A stretch of DNA of 64,000 nucleotides from the human T2T-CHM13v2.0 reference genome, Homo sapiens, in NCBI RefSeq assembly GCF_009914755.1, contig NC_060931.1, one strand, 5' to 3'. Below are positions 28,702 through 43,562 of this stretch, piece by piece. A program made the translations under genes and the position numbers. Below the pieces are notes generated by a model that did no database searches, had not been told where the DNA came from, and saw only the letters and a list, made by a program, of their open reading frames with translations. Numbering within the stretch: the stretch's first letter is position 1; each line of letters opens with the position of its first letter.

Positions 28702-30946
28702 TTTATTATGTTCTTTATGTTCAAATTCTGCCCTCTTAAGCATCTCATTTTTCAAATATCCAGAATGAACCTTTTTCTTCTCTTTTAAGAGAATGCTATC
28801 CTCAAACTACAAGATTTCTAGGATCATACTCATTCCATGCCAGGGCATATTAATCAAATTCCTAAAGTCTGGGCATCAACTGGACAGTGCCAAGTGGGGT
28901 CTGACACTTCAAGTCAGCTCACCATGTGGTCTTGTTACCAATGTAATGGGCATATATGTCTCATCACTTTCCCTAGCCATTCAGCGATCCACTATTATGT
29001 CATCTCCTAAAGGCGAATGAAAATTCTCAGAGCCAGTATATATAACTCAGCACTGTCTGATACCATAGCTACTAGCTGCATGTGGCTACTGAGAACTTGA
29101 AATGTGAAACATTGTCCAGGGTTTCCTTCCATTATTTCAACTCTTGCCCCTTTGCGATTCCACTTTTACAGGTACCCGTTACTTCTGACTCATGAGTTGT
29201 GGGTTGACTAACTTCTGATTTTAGCTTTCTCTTGGCTTCTAAGTCAGTTACGTTCATCCGTTTTGTTTTCCAGCCTCTAAAATTGTGCTGTTCTCATCTT
29301 CTTTCTCACTCTTTATATTTTCATGGATTTATGCTTTTAAAAATCTTCACTGTCATTTTAATGGGGTTTTAGGGGAAGCTAAGATAAGTACATGTTCAAT
29401 CCACTACATTTAACTCAAAGTTTTAAATAGAGTACCCTCAAACAGTTAAACTTTTCCATTATAGACACTAAGTTTATAATAAAATTGAAGAAAAGTCATA
29501 ATGATGAAATATAGGAATTAGTCTTCAAAAGTATTCTGTTTTAGCTTAATATTTTGGCTACTATTGAGGTTAAATCAATTTGAAATAGGAGAAAAGAGGA
29601 TTTGCTATAATTCCATATGAAATATATTAAAATAGCATTTCAATATAAGGATTTGTGAAGATAGCCTATCAGTTGTCCTATAATTCTCTACTCCTTTCTG
29701 AGGAAATAGCTGCTTCATCCCTTTAAAACTTCTAAGTGAGAAAAACAAGCAGAAAAGAATATTTTCCCCAGTAAGCTTTTCTCAGAAAACATAATTTATG
29801 TCTCCTGTGCCCTATATTTTTTACTTCAGTCTTTGTGAGGCTATAAAGTAACATATTTTTAAAATTATGGATGCATTTCATATTTAAAGATGACAAAATA
29901 TGCCTTTCTTACCAGTCAGCCAAAGAGTTAGGGAAAGTAGCACTTCATTTTTGAGTATTAAACGGAAAGGTCTGAACAAACCCCGGGGCAGTGGAGAGAA
30001 GAGGATACATATTTAAGAAATATATTACCAATCTAAAATGATTTTTAAAGCACTAAAGTATGCAACTGTTATGAAGTAAGTAAAACCCTGTAAAATATAG
30101 CTGCTGAAATATGTTTTTCAAGGGTTTTCAACTGACACTACAACATTCTCGCTCAAGAACAAAAGATCAAAATCTCTTTAAAAAGAGTAGGAAGATGCTA
30201 TTGATGGTACTGGGGATTTACAATATTCTGGATTCAACTAGAGAAAGTCATTTTCTTTAAAGCATAAAAATAAATGCATCCATAAGAGGTAAAATACAGA
30301 CATTACCTTAAAAATACAAATAAATACCAAGGTTGGAGGTATAATATGGAAATACAGTCCCAAACTGAGAGAATTAATTTAAACTTTTCCTTACTGAGTT
30401 AGGAGATTAGTCCTCATTCATTGAATCATCTGAATTTTGCCGATTACTTTTGAACTCATTAAAGATCACTTTTGTTTATGATTTTGATCTATTTTTTCCG
30501 AACAAGCTCATTTTTTTTTGTTGTTTAGTAGATTTGATAAGAACCACCATGCTAATAAAATAACCTTATGGGCACATTTTTTTCCTCTTTATATGTAGTG
30601 GATATCCTCAAATCTGAAATTTTCTGTTTTTCCAATTCTTCTAATGCCTAATTATGGTCTCAGATCATCTATTCTAAAATTGCCTGATTGGGAGTATTGA
30701 CACTCTCTTTTGAAGACTGATAGAATTATTGATTCTTCAACCATGGCCCCTAATAACACACTATAATGGAAAGAATGCTTTTCTGTGACAAGTACTTCAA
30801 AAACAAATTCCTTTTTGGTCCACAATTTACCTATTTTAAGTGAAGGATCCATCTCCTTGCAATGCTCTACCTGTCATATTGATACTACTATTATTGTATT
30901 AGATATATGCATTGAAGATACACATGTTCATAATTAAGTTGAAACA

Positions 30947-30987
<41 letters not shown>
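30947..30987. repeat. (CA)n microsatellite, ~20 units
   Basis: Direct reading. Confidence 0.95.
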
Positions 30988-30988
<1 letters not shown>

Positions 30989-31239
30989 GTGATTCTTCCC
31001 TGGCCAGTGAGACTAAAGCTTGGATAAATACAAGCATGTCCTAGATACCTTTAATGCAGTTAGGTGGGAAAATCCAGCATTCTCGGGAAACCTTGGAATT
31101 TTAAGCTTTAGTGAGCTGCCTGGTGTGCCTTAAAACAGGTATCCAATCTCATTCTAGTGATGATGATAGAGCAACATGGTAGCCCCAGTCAGAATATTTT
31201 GCGGTTGACTGACTTAAAGACTTATTCTTATTACAGGTG

Positions 31240-31695
31240 GTTTTAGCCTATATAATAGTCCAGGCAGAAAAACAGATAGCACAATCAAAGGTGTAATCAA
31301 AGGTGTAAAAAGGGCTTCAGTGACAACGTATAGAGGTGTAGGCAAGGTTTAAAATAGTCAACAAGTAATAAAGTACCTAGGAACTGGGTACTTCTGGTAT
31401 TCTTGCAGCAATAGCAGCAAGTCCTTAGTATCCCTAGGTCTGAAGAGTTGAGAAGTGAGGGCAATTTAACAAACCCTGTAAGAGCCATAGCTCTGGAAAC
31501 TTCAAGCTGAAGAGGCATGCAGTCACTACCAAGCTGTGGCCCAGCAGACAAAGCTGGGAGTGGTGGTACTAAATAATATGTGACCTCTCTTTCTGAGCCT
31601 CACATTGGCCAAACCCAACCAGGTGCCCAAAGGCAAGGAAGCCAGGTGATGCAGTCTGCAGAGGTCAGCCATCTGGGCTGACTGAGAAGAGAATG
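31240..31695 (-). mobile_element. Old MaLR/ERVL LTR (MLT1/LTR33-like)
   Basis: CATTGGCCAAACCCAACCAGG...GGCAAGGAAGCC...GATGCAGTC antisense motifs. Confidence 0.5.
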
Positions 31696-32584
31696 AATGA
31701 AATAATTCTCTTTAAACTGCAAAATGTGACCCAATTACCATGAAACTGAAACTACATTGAAATTAAACTGAAAATGTGACCCGTTTACTGATTACTGATT
31801 ACACAAAGCTACAAATGATGAAGAGCTGAGCATAAATGAACAGTTAAGATTGGAATCTAAAATGAATTGACACATTTAATAATGTGCTCAGTCAATATTG
31901 TGTTCATTTCTTTATCCATTCAGACATCTACTTGTCTTTTCAAGGTAAGTGGTTTACTGTAGAATGTGATTTATATTCAAAGTCTAACTTAATTTTTAAT
32001 TTTTAAAAACTTTCTCCTTTGTTAGTATATCAGAGGGCCAGGATTAGAACCAAGGAATAATAGGACTGAAAGAAATATGCAGCATTTTATTTAATAAGTT
32101 TATGGATAACTGAGTTCCACTTGCATACCTGAACAATTTTATGTTGAATAGCTTGAGAAAGAAGCAGCAGCAGCAACTGGGCCTGTTAGGACAAATGAGA
32201 AAGAGGACTGGGTTGATTTGGGTGAGCAGGAAAAGAGTAGACTCGAGCAGCTGGAAATGCTGGTAGCAGCTCACATATTAGTGTGTCCACACTTGTCCCT
32301 AGCAACGATTCTATAGCTACAGCAGTAAGCTTATCCTGCTTAAGGTGACAAAATTAACGGCAATGTATTTGCACTAGAATATAATCAATATCATATTGTT
32401 TCTATTTTGATGGATGTGAGTGAAAATGGGGGAAAAGTAAAGTTTTGGGTTTGGAAAATAAACTGATTGATTAATCCCATGTACCTTTCATGTAATTGTA
32501 TCAGTTTGGGCTTGATTCTACATCCTCCTGCCTACTTCTCTTAACTCATTCGGGAGTGAACAAAGGAAGGAATTGCCTAAGCAC

Positions 32585-32810
32585 CAGTGTGAAAGCCAAA
32601 GCATAGAGTCCGACACACCTGGAGTCTAATCTTGGTTCACGTCTTACCAGTTCTGTGAACTTAGGCAAGTTACTTAATCCCTCTAAGCCTCAGTTACCTC
32701 ATGTTGATTATTGTACATTTCTCACAGGGTTATTATTTGGGTTGATTGAGATAATGCAAATAGAGAGAAACATATGATACTTATGAACTCTCATTAAATG
32801 TTAGCTGTGG
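32585..32810 (+). mobile_element. MIR SINE
   Basis: TTAGGCAAGTTACTTAATCCCTCTAAGCCTCAGTTACCTCAT. Confidence 0.75.
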
Positions 32811-33654
32811 TGATGATGATGATCACAACACCAATGACCATGTTTAGGATGGTTCTGATTGTTATTTTCGCTGGGAGCAATATCCACTAAATTTTAGATT
32901 TGATAAAATGGCATTATTTGAGAATGTCACAAGTATGTATTATAAATAAAACTATTACTAAATTAAGATTTAAGATAACATTTTAATATAGACACCTGTA
33001 AGTAAAGAAACATTCAGTATGAGTTTAGTTTTGACCACAAATTCTTCCTAACCAGGGATCCCTGAAAGGCCGGGGATCCACATCTTGGTTAATTTTTTCA
33101 GTCCTCTTGGGTCTTAGTCTTTGGTCTTTTTCAATAAATATCTGTTTGACAGTATCCTTATTGGCCTTCTTGGCCTCATTTCCCTGGAATGCCTCTTTCT
33201 GTGCTATTATGGATGTTGCAAGGTAGGTCTGGATTGCTTTTGCAAATAATCAAGTTTACTGAATATTTGTATTACCAAGATTTGCTGACTTAGTGCTCAA
33301 GTCTTATGAGCTTCCTTTGTTTTGCTCATATTTCTGAATATTGCATCTTTTGCCTTCTGCATTCAATAAACTGTGCAGTAGACCCTTGTGTTGCTACTTC
33401 GGTATAATTTGTTAGGAGCTGGGCCCCAAAGTCAGACTGTCTGTGTCTGAATTAGGCTTCATTATTCATTCATTAGCTGTGAGATTTAACTAGTCAACTT
33501 TATTCTGTCTTAATTTCCTCTTCTTTAACAGTGACAATTATCAGTACCCAAATCGTAGGGTTGTAAAAATTAAATGAGATCATCTATGTGCTAGCACCTA
33601 GTCTAGTGCCTTGTATATAGGAAATCCTTAATAAATATTACAATACGTTCAATA

Positions 33655-33950
33655 CTACTTGAACTTCCTCCCCATGAGACGATTATACTTCTTTCCACTG
33701 AAGTTAGGCATGGCCAAATGATTTGCTTTTGCTAATGAAATATGAGCAGAGCAGATGTATGTAATTCTCATTTGGAAGCTTTTAGAGCCAGTGCACCCAT
33801 CCACCATAGCTTTGTTTCCTCGATTATGAGAATGCACTTTCAGGATAGCTATGTTCTATGTGCCTAGGCCTTGGAATAGAGACATTGTAGAAGAGACTGA
33901 TAGCGGACCTGCCAAGGACCAATTTCATGAACATAAAATAAACCTTTAAA
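33655..33950 (+). mobile_element. MLT1J/K-like MaLR LTR
   Basis: TGAAGTTAGGCATGGCCA...TTGCTTTTGCTAATGAAAT...AAATAAACC. Confidence 0.6.
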
Positions 33951-34165
33951 GTGTGTGTGGGGGGGTGTTCGTAATTTTGCATAACTTTTAAAAAGCAAAT
34001 ACATTCCTCATGCCATCAGAATTCATTGTCAGACTATTACTTGTTCACTGTCTATCTGCAGGTCTTTGCTTATGTTTACTTTTTAATGACAGAAATATCT
34101 GTAAAGACATGTTTTTACTTTCATAGCAAATTTGCCCACTTGGCCAGTAAAAGACTTCTGAGCAA

Positions 34166-34237
34166 GATTGCAGTGAGCCGAGATGTGCCACTGCACTCCA
34201 GCCTGGTGACAGAGTGAGACTCCATCTCAAAAAAAAA
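34166..34237 (+). mobile_element. Severely 5'-truncated Alu (last ~70 nt)
   Basis: TTGCAGTGAGCCGAGAT...GAGACTCCATCTCAAAA; TSD ...TCTGAGCAA. Confidence 0.85.
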
Positions 34238-34525
34238 CCTCTGAGCAATGCTACCCTTAAGTCAAGTCCATGGTATCCTCTGCTCTGTTCCACCATTGTC
34301 TTATTTCTTGATACTCTGTTCAGAGTAACATGGTAATTGTGTGAATGTAGCTGTACAATCTTAGTATTTTATCTTTTAAAAATTACCTGCTGACCGAGAC
34401 CATTTAAAAGCTGTTTATTGGAGTTCTTTAGCGTAGAATAAATAAAGCTTACATATTTTACACAAATCCACATTACAATGAATTATTTTTTTTAAAAGAC
34501 AATGACATGATGAGAATTTACTTAA

Positions 34526-34830
<305 letters not shown>

Positions 34831-36081
34831 TAATGCCTTCTAAATGTTCCTGAATTACATGAAAATAAAAATTCGGAATTTATAAATAACTAGTAGAGCT
34901 TGTTACATAATAAAGTCTAGAGATTAAAATTTAAAAAATAAACTCTAAGAAAAATTTCTGTTTTCCAATTATATTTAACAGAACATGACTGAAGATTTTA
35001 ATGATCAAAACTATTGTAAAACAAATATTTTTTAACTGCTCTCAAAATTAATCTTTTTTTCTAAGCTTGAATTTTCTTAAGACTATTTTGTGGATGTATC
35101 CTGTCTTCTCAGACAGCTCCAAGGAGTTACAGATGAGACTGTACTCCTGAATAGGCAGTTACAATTATCCTTAGTAAAGGAAGGTTCATTCCAGTATTCT
35201 TAATGTTCAGAAATAATACTCCAAAGTTAACAGCAGAAGGTTTAGAATGGGGGCAGCAGCAAAAGAGGGTTATAATGTAAAACTGCTTTTCATATTAATC
35301 AAAACCATACCAATATATTGAGACATCTTTGCTATGTATTTGGAATTTTGGCTCAGAAGATGGAAATAAGTTAGAGTATGGGGCGCGTGCTTTTCTTTCC
35401 TTCTCTCTTTTTAAAACTGTTTTTTAAAAGTACTTACACAGAAAAGGCATAATGGACAGGGGTTACACTGGGAGGAGGATGCTAACACAGAAGCTGTGTG
35501 ATAAATCAGAGTGGGCTCTTGGTTCCGGAATAACTAATTCTGGACTGGGCAAGTCAGCTAGAATTTGTGGATCTCAGCTTCCTCATTTGTAAAACCTAGA
35601 TGGGTTAGATATGGTCACTGAAATCATGTAAATGAACGTCTGAAACTCTATGAAATTCTGTAACAAAGCACATTCTTCAAAAATCGTTGGATAACAAAAT
35701 TTTCCTATTACAGTCAATACAACATTTTTTAGGAAACTTAACTTTAAGGACTATGGAAGATATTATAAGTTGATTCACTCATCCATTCTAACCCTCTTTC
35801 CCTTATCTTTCTCTAGTATGGGGGCTGGGAAAATACATAATAAATAAATAATTAAGAAACAATTCTCTTTTCCAGTCTTCCTTGCAGACAGCATTGATGA
35901 TGTGTCATAGTTGTGGCCAGTGAGAACTAGGCAGAAGTATGTTGAACTTCTGGGAAAGCCCTTGTTTTCCTGATGCGTGTACTATCCCTTTTATATTTTC
36001 CTCTTGTCTTTTCTTACTGTCTAGGAATTAGTTTGATGGCTGAACCTGTAATCGCCATTTAATTAAGAAAAGGCCACAAAA

Positions 36082-36853
36082 CCATCAGAGAAATGCAAAT
36101 CAAAACCACAATGAGATACCATCTCACACCAGTTAGAATGGCAATCATTAAAAAGTCAGGAAACAACAGGTGCTGGAGAGGATGTGGAGAAATAGGAACA
36201 CTTTTACACTGTTGGTGGGACTGTAAACTAGTTCAACCATTGTCGAAGTCAGTGTGGCGATTCCTCAGGGATCTAGAACTGGAAATACCATTTGACCCAG
36301 CCATCCCATTACTGGGTATATACCCAAAGGACTATAAGTCATGCTGCTATAAAGACACATGCACACGTATGTTTATTGCGGCATTATTCACAATAGCAAA
36401 GACTTGGAACCAACCCAAATGTCCAACAATGATAGACCGGATTAAGAAAATGTGGCACATATACACCATGGAATACTATGCAGCCATAAAAAATGATGAG
36501 TTCATGTCCTTTGTAGGGACATGGATGAAATTGGAAATCATCATTCTCAGTAAACTATCACAAGAACAAAAAACCATACACCGCATATTCTCACTCATAG
36601 GTGGAATTGAACAATGAGATCACACGGACACAGGAAGGGGAATATCACACTCTGGGGACTGTTGTGGGGTGGGGGGAGGGGGGAGGGATAGCATTGGGAG
36701 ATACACCTAATGCTAGATGACGAGTTAGTGGGTGCAGCGCACCAGCATGGCACATGTATACATATGTAACTAACCTGCACAATGTGCACATGTACCCTAA
36801 AACTTAAAGTATAATAAAAATAAATAAATAAATAAATAAATAAAATAAAAAAA
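36082..36853 (+). mobile_element. 5'-truncated L1PA2-type LINE (ORF2 C-terminal 174 codons + 3'UTR), inserted in an MLT1 LTR
   Basis: Near-consensus ORF2 end; 3'UTR GATGACGAGTTAG, CACAATGTG, ACTTAAAGT; exact 17-bp TSD AAGAAAAGGCCACAAAA. Confidence 0.95.
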
Positions 36854-38096
36854 AAGAAAAGGCCACAAAAATTATCAACCTTGGCCTTCTATCCTTGAAC
36901 CACAAATCAATATCAACAGCTTCCTGTCTTTAGACTTCTTACGTTAAAATTAAATAAATAAAACTTAATTTGATTGAGCCACCATTTCGATATTTCATAG
37001 CTTAGCAAACCCTAACTCTTAAAAGGACTAAAAATGGATCCCTTCAAAAAGGCATCCTAAATTTAGTATGTTATTTTTTTCATATGGGATATAAAATTTT
37101 CCAGCTGGTTGAACATTCCAACTTCACAAGGCAACATGAACTTATATTTTATGTCATAAGGTAATATTATATTAGAGCTGAAATATAACCTAATGATTAG
37201 TTCAAATCCACTGAAAACAGCCCATAAATAGTACTTATTTGCTCACATTATTCCTCTAACTTAATTGGTATAAAACTTATTTATGTTATTTTCTGATACG
37301 GGCTTTATTTAGTTCACCTACTAATATTACATGTATAAATGTAGGCATATACATATAAATATATATCTAGATTTTAAAATCTTTTCTTGCAATGTAAGCT
37401 GATTATAGATTTGGGGTACACGGATCAGCTTAACATAAAGTATTTATAATAATAGATATGAAAAGGAATATTTTAAGTTCACCCTGAAAGCATACATGTA
37501 TATGCAAAGGCTCTTGTTTGTTTCATAATTCAAAAACTTTGTTGAGGACCTGCTAACAATGCACATGATAATGGTGCTTCATATTTGTACATGACTAATT
37601 GCAGTTCAGGGTATTTCATAAATGACCATTGGGTTGTGATTAAACTTCACCATGACCCACATGTTTTTGCATAAGAAAGGAATTATCGAAAATAGAGGCA
37701 GCGTATTCATTCAGTTCCCATTCAAAATTTAGCAGGAGAAAGAAATCCTTAATGGGTCACATTACAACTTCTATTACTGCACAGATCTGTCCTTTCAATG
37801 GGGAATTCCTGAACAGATGATGAGCAGTACAATATCCATTGTTGCAGACCTAGAAGTTGACAAAATTAATTGAGAAAAATTGTTACTTAAACCTCAAGAA
37901 AAAGTATTATCAGCAACCATAAGAAAGCTTATTTTCAAGATGAAATGACTTCTAGAAAAAAATCTCGGTAAAAACTGGAACTTTTATGAAGAAGACTAAT
38001 AACTTGCTCAAATATTTTTTGGATGATAAGATGAAAGCCACATGATGGGAAAATGCTATGATGGGTACGCTGACACTGGCCTTGCATGTTGGGTGG

Positions 38097-38446
38097 TGAT
38101 AGGTTTGGCTGTGTCCCCACCCAAATCTCACCTGGAATTGTAATAATCTCCACATGTCAAGGGTGGGGCCAGGTGGTGATAATTAAATCATGGAGGCAGT
38201 TTCCCCCACACTGTTTTCATGGTAGTAAATAAGTCTCATGAGATCTGATGGTTTTATAAGGGTTTCTCCTTTCGCTTGGCTCTCATTCTCTCTTGCCTGC
38301 TGTTATGTAAGATGTCCCTTGCTCTTCAGCCATGATTTTGAGGCCTCCCAAGCCATGTGGAACCATGGGTCAATTAAACTTCTTTCTTTTATAAATTATC
38401 CAGTCTTGGGTATGTCTTTATTGGCAGTGTGAGACAGACTAATACA
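38097..38446 (+). mobile_element. THE1B/C solo LTR
   Basis: TGATAGGTTTGGCTGTGTCCCCACCCAAATCTCA...GACTAATACA; 5-bp TSD GGTGG/GGTAG. Confidence 0.92.
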
Positions 38447-38704
38447 GGTAGCTTCTAGATTAAGGGGACTCTGCCCAAGGCTGAATGTATCCTCCTGCCT
38501 TACAGTTATAGATGCACATGCTGACTCAGTTTTAAATCTCACTACAGAACTCAAGCTTCAGGTTCACCTTTCCAAAAACCCTATTTCTGGGAGGTGAGAT
38601 GTACAGATTCTGTGTACTTGCTCCAGTGTGGGAGTGCTGCCATTTATTCTTAGGACTCTTATAGCTCTTTGTTTTCATGCTTTCATATTTGGTAGTATTG
38701 AGGG

Positions 38705-38861
38705 AAAGAGCCAGGTTTGGTGGGGTCTGAAGCTTATACACATCTGGGACCCTTTTAAGTAAAATAATTCTAAATTACGAATACAGTCCTAGAAGGTACC
38801 TGTGCAAATGAGGCTTCCTGAAGCCTAAGCTTCATTAGCGTCATGGTAAAATCCACCTCTG
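38705..38861. mobile_element. MER53-like hAT element
   Basis: CCAGGTTTGGTGGGGTCTGAAGCTTATAC...AAGCTTCATTAGC...ATCCACCTCTG. Confidence 0.65.
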
Positions 38862-41800
38862 ATAGTATATTATTCTAATTAAATTTCTTTGTTTATTACT
38901 TCTAAATATTACATCTTTACTTTTTCAAGTCAATGAAAAGTAAATGATGTCATCCTAAAATTAATATTCAGAAAAATGATTACAGTTTCTGCCGTAGTGT
39001 TCTGCACACAGTGGGGGTTCAATTAATTTTATTGATAGTGTTGCAACAAAACATGAGGCTTGTTCCTTTATAAAGAACAATGTTTATTTTTAAATATAAT
39101 GGGAAAACATTTTAAAACATACTTGTATCATAACCAAACACAAATAGTCCTAAAAGGCTGCACCCCAAAGGTGATCACTGATAAGAACTGAATCAAGCAC
39201 AGCATTTGGTGGTCTCATTTTAGTAACTTAGGATTTTGCAATCAGACTAGATAGGCTAACTAGTGTTGTAATAGCAACAAACCCCCAAATCTCAGTGGTT
39301 TACTTCTGGGTCACATTTACATCCTCAGTGATTTGGAAAAGGTTCTGCTCATGTGGCCTTCATTCTTGGAAAAGGGAGCAATTTCCTTTATATGCAAAAC
39401 TGCTGATTTAATGTCTGAGGACAAAAAGATAAATGGAAAAACCAAGGGAAGGCTGTATGGGAAGTATGACCCCTTAGGGAGTGCCACAAATATTTCAAAT
39501 AATAGTAAAATGTACACAGTACTTCTCCCTCTAAAGAAAACTAGAAAACATCTACCATCACCATCACCACAAATACCTCATTTATCTTCCCCTCCATGCC
39601 TAACTTTTTTTTTAAATGGAAATTTAGCATGAGGCTTTTTTCCTGCTTAAATGCAGAGAATAGCATCACCTTTCTTTTTAAATTATTCCATTTTAATTGA
39701 CAAATACATATTGTGTATACTTATTGTGTATAAAATGAGGTTTTGAAATATGGATACATTCTGGAATAGCTAGATTGAGCTCATTAACATATGCATTACC
39801 TTACATACTTTTTTTTTAGGTGAGAGCATTTAAAATCTACTCTCATTAAGTTTCAAGAATATAATACATTGTTATTAACTACAGTTACTATGTTGTACAA
39901 TAGATGTCTTGAATTTATTCCTCCTGTCTAATAGAAATTTTATATCCTATGAGCAACCTCTCCTTAACATCTACACCAGCCTTGTTCCTGGTAACCACCA
40001 TTCTACTCTTTGCTATGAGTTCAACTTTTTTCGATTCCACATATAAATGAGATTGTGCTGTATTTGTGTTTCTGTGCCTGGCTTATTTCACTTAACATAA
40101 TGTCCTTCAGTTTCATCCACATTGTTGAAAATGACAGGATTTCCTTTTAATTAAAGCTGAAGAGTATCCCATTGGGTATATATACCACATTTTCTTTATC
40201 CATTCATCTGTTGATGGTCACCTAGCTTGATCCCATATCTTGGCTACTGTGAATAATGCTGCAGTAAACAGGGGATCACAGATATCTCTTCAACATATGG
40301 ATTTCATTTCCTTTGGATATGTGCTCTGTAGTGGGATTACTGGATGACATGATAATTCTATTTTTAGTTTTTTGAGAAATTTCCATACTATTTTCCAAAA
40401 CAGCTGTACTAATTTCTATCCCACTAATAGTGTACCAAGGTTCCCTTCACATCCTAACACTTCTCATATTTCATCTTTTTGACAATAGCCATTCCGAGAG
40501 GTATGCAGTGATATCTCATTGTGGATTTAATTTGTATTTCCCTAAAGATTAGAGATGTTGAGCATTTTTTCATATACCTGTTGGTCATTTGTATGTTTTT
40601 CTTTGAGAAATGTCTGTTTTTCTTTGAGAAATGTCTGTTCAGATCCATTGTCTATTTTAAAAATTGTGTTGTTTTCTTGCTATTAAACTGTTTGAGTTTC
40701 TTATATACGTTGGATATTACTCCCTTATCAGATGTATGGTTTGCAATATTCTCTCCTAATCTTTGCATTGTCTTTTCACTCTGTCGATTGTCTTCTTGAT
40801 TGTGCAGAAGGTTTTTAGTTTGATTTAATCCTATTTTGTTTACTTTTGCTTTAGCTGCCTGTGATTTTGAGGTCCTAGGCAATAAATCATTACCCAGACC
40901 AATGTCATGGAGATTTTCCTCTATTTTTTTCCTAGTAGTTTTGCAGGTTAAAGTTGTATGTTTAAGTCTTTAATCCATTATGAGTTGATTTTTGTATCTG
41001 GTTTAAGATAAGGGTCCAGTTTTGTTCTTTTGCATGTGGACATCCAGCTTTCCCAACGCCACTGACTGAAGAGACTATCTTTTCTTTATTGTATGTTCTT
41101 GGCAGCTTTGATGAAATCCAATTGACTGTAAATACTTGGGTTTATTTCTAGGCTTTCTATCCTATTACACTGATTGATATGTCTGTTTTTGTGTAGGTAC
41201 TATGCTGTTTTGATTACAATAGCTTAATAATAGATTTTGAAATCAGACAGTGTGATGCCTTCAACATTGTTCTTTCTGTTCAAGATTGCTTTGGCTATTT
41301 GGGAGTTTTTGTGGTTCCATATGAATTTTAGTTTTTTTTTCTATTTTTATGAAAAATAACATTAGAATTTTGACAGAGATTGCATTGACTCTGTAGATTG
41401 CATTGAGTAGTGTGGACACTTTAACAATATTAATTCTTCAAATCCATGAACATACAGTGTCTTTCCATTTATCTGTATCTTCTTCAGTTTCTGTCATCAA
41501 TGTTTTATAGCTTTCAGTATACATGTCTTCCATTTCCTTGGTTAAATTTATTCCTATGTATTTTGTTTTTTGTAGCCATTGTAAATGATATTGTTTGATT
41601 TTTTTCTCTTAGATAGTTCATTGTTAGTGCACAGAAATGCTAGTGACTTTCGTATGTTGATTCTGTATCCAACAATTTAACTGAATTCATTTATTAGTTC
41701 AAAGAATTTTTTAGTGGAGATTTTAGGGTTTTCAATATATATGATCATGTCATCTGAAAACAGAGAAAATTTAACTCCCTTCTTTCCAATTTAGACACTT

Positions 41801-43562
41801 TCTATTTCTTTCTCTTCCTTAATTGCTCTTCTAGTACTATGTTGACTAGAAGTGGCAAGAGTGGGCATCCTCCTCTTGTTTCTGATCTTAGGAAAAATGC
41901 TTTGAATACTTTTCACCATTGAGTATGATGTTAGTTGTGGATTTTTCATGTATGGCCTTTATTGTGTTGAGGTATATTCCTTCTATGCCTAATTTGGTGA
42001 GTTTTTTTTAATCATGAAGAGATGTTGAATATTGTAAAATGTTTTTTCTCATTCATTGAGATGATTATATGGTTTTTGTCCTTCATTCTGTTAATGTGGT
42101 GCATCATATTTATAGATTCGCATATGTTGAACTATCACTGCATTCCAGGGATAAATCTCACTTGATCGTGATGAACAATGCTTTTAACTTGCTATTGAAT
42201 TTGGTTTGCTAGTATTTTGTTCAGGACTTTTGAATTTATGCTCATTATGGATATGGCCTATAGTTTTCTTTTATTGTAGTGTTCTTTTCTGGCTTTGGTA
42301 ACAGAGTAATGCTGGCTTCAAATTTGGAAGTATTCCCTTTTCTTCAATTTTTTGGAAGCATTTGTATTAGTTCTTATTTAAATGTTTGGTAGAATTCAGC
42401 AGTGAAAACCTCAAGTCCTGGGCTTTTCTTTAATGGGAGACTTTTTATTATTAATTAAGTCTTCTTACTTGTTACTCACCTATTCAAACTTTCTGTTTCT
42501 TCATGATTCAGTCTTGGTAGGTTGTATGTGTCTCGAAATTTATTAATTTCTTCTAGGTAATCCAATTTGTTGGTGTATAATTACTCACAGTGGTCTCTTA
42601 TGATCCTTTGTATCTCTATAGTATCAGTTGTAATGTCTTCATTTCTGATTTTATTTATTTGAGTCTTCTGTCTTTTTTCTTAGTCTGTCAGTTATGATTA
42701 TCTTTTCAAAAAAATCCATTCTTTTGTTCATTGATCTTCCTTGTTTTTCTAATCTCTATTTCATTTATTTATGCTCTTATCTTTATTATTTCTTTCATTT
42801 TACTAACTCTGGGCTTAGTTTGTTCTTTTTCCCCCTATCTCCTTGATTTGTTGTTTGAGATCTTTCTTATTTTTTGATGTAGGCATTTATTGCTATAAAA
42901 TTCCCTTTTAGAAATGCTTTTGCTACATCCCATAAGTTTGGGCATGTTGTGTATCTATTTTTGTTTGTCTCAAGATATTTTTTAACTTCTCTTTAAATTT
43001 TTTATTTGACCCATTGGTTGTCAAGGAGCATGTTGTTTAATTTTCATGTATTTATGAATTTTCTAAAATTCTTCCTGTTATTGATTTCTGGTTTAATTCC
43101 ATTGTGGTCAGAAAAGATACTTGATATGATTTCAATTTTAAATTTGTTAAGACTTGTTTAGTGGTCTATACTATATGATCTATTATTGTCTAGGCCACTA
43201 AACAAGTTTCATGTGCACTTAAGAAGAATATGCATTCTCCTGGTGTTATATGGAATGTTCTGTAATGTCTATTAGGCCCATTTGATCTAAAGTGTAGTTG
43301 GAATCCAAGATTTTCTTATTGCTTTTCTGTCTGAATAATCTGTTCACTGCTGAAAGTGGGGTACTGAAGTCCTCTGCTATTTTTATATTACAGCCTATCT
43401 CTTCCTTCAAAACTATTAAAATTTGCTTTATATATCTAGATGCTTTGATGTTGTGTGCATATATATTTATGATTGTTATATCCTGTTGATGAATTAACCC
43501 CTTTATCATTATATAATGACCTTCTTTATTTTATTTGATATAAGCATAGCTACCTCTGATAT

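Noticed and set aside
36093-36617. 174-aa ORF as a functional gene
   Set aside because: C-terminal fragment of L1 ORF2p from a 5'-truncated copy with no promoter, EN or RT domain
37680-38090. Purine-rich unique stretch suspected to be a processed pseudogene
   Set aside because: Stops in the frames I read, no recognisable protein similarity, no poly(A) or TSD; tblastx would be needed
40358-40367. Second perfect MEF2 motif CTATTTTTAG
   Set aside because: Part of ordinary L1 ORF2 sequence in AT-rich DNA; expected by chance
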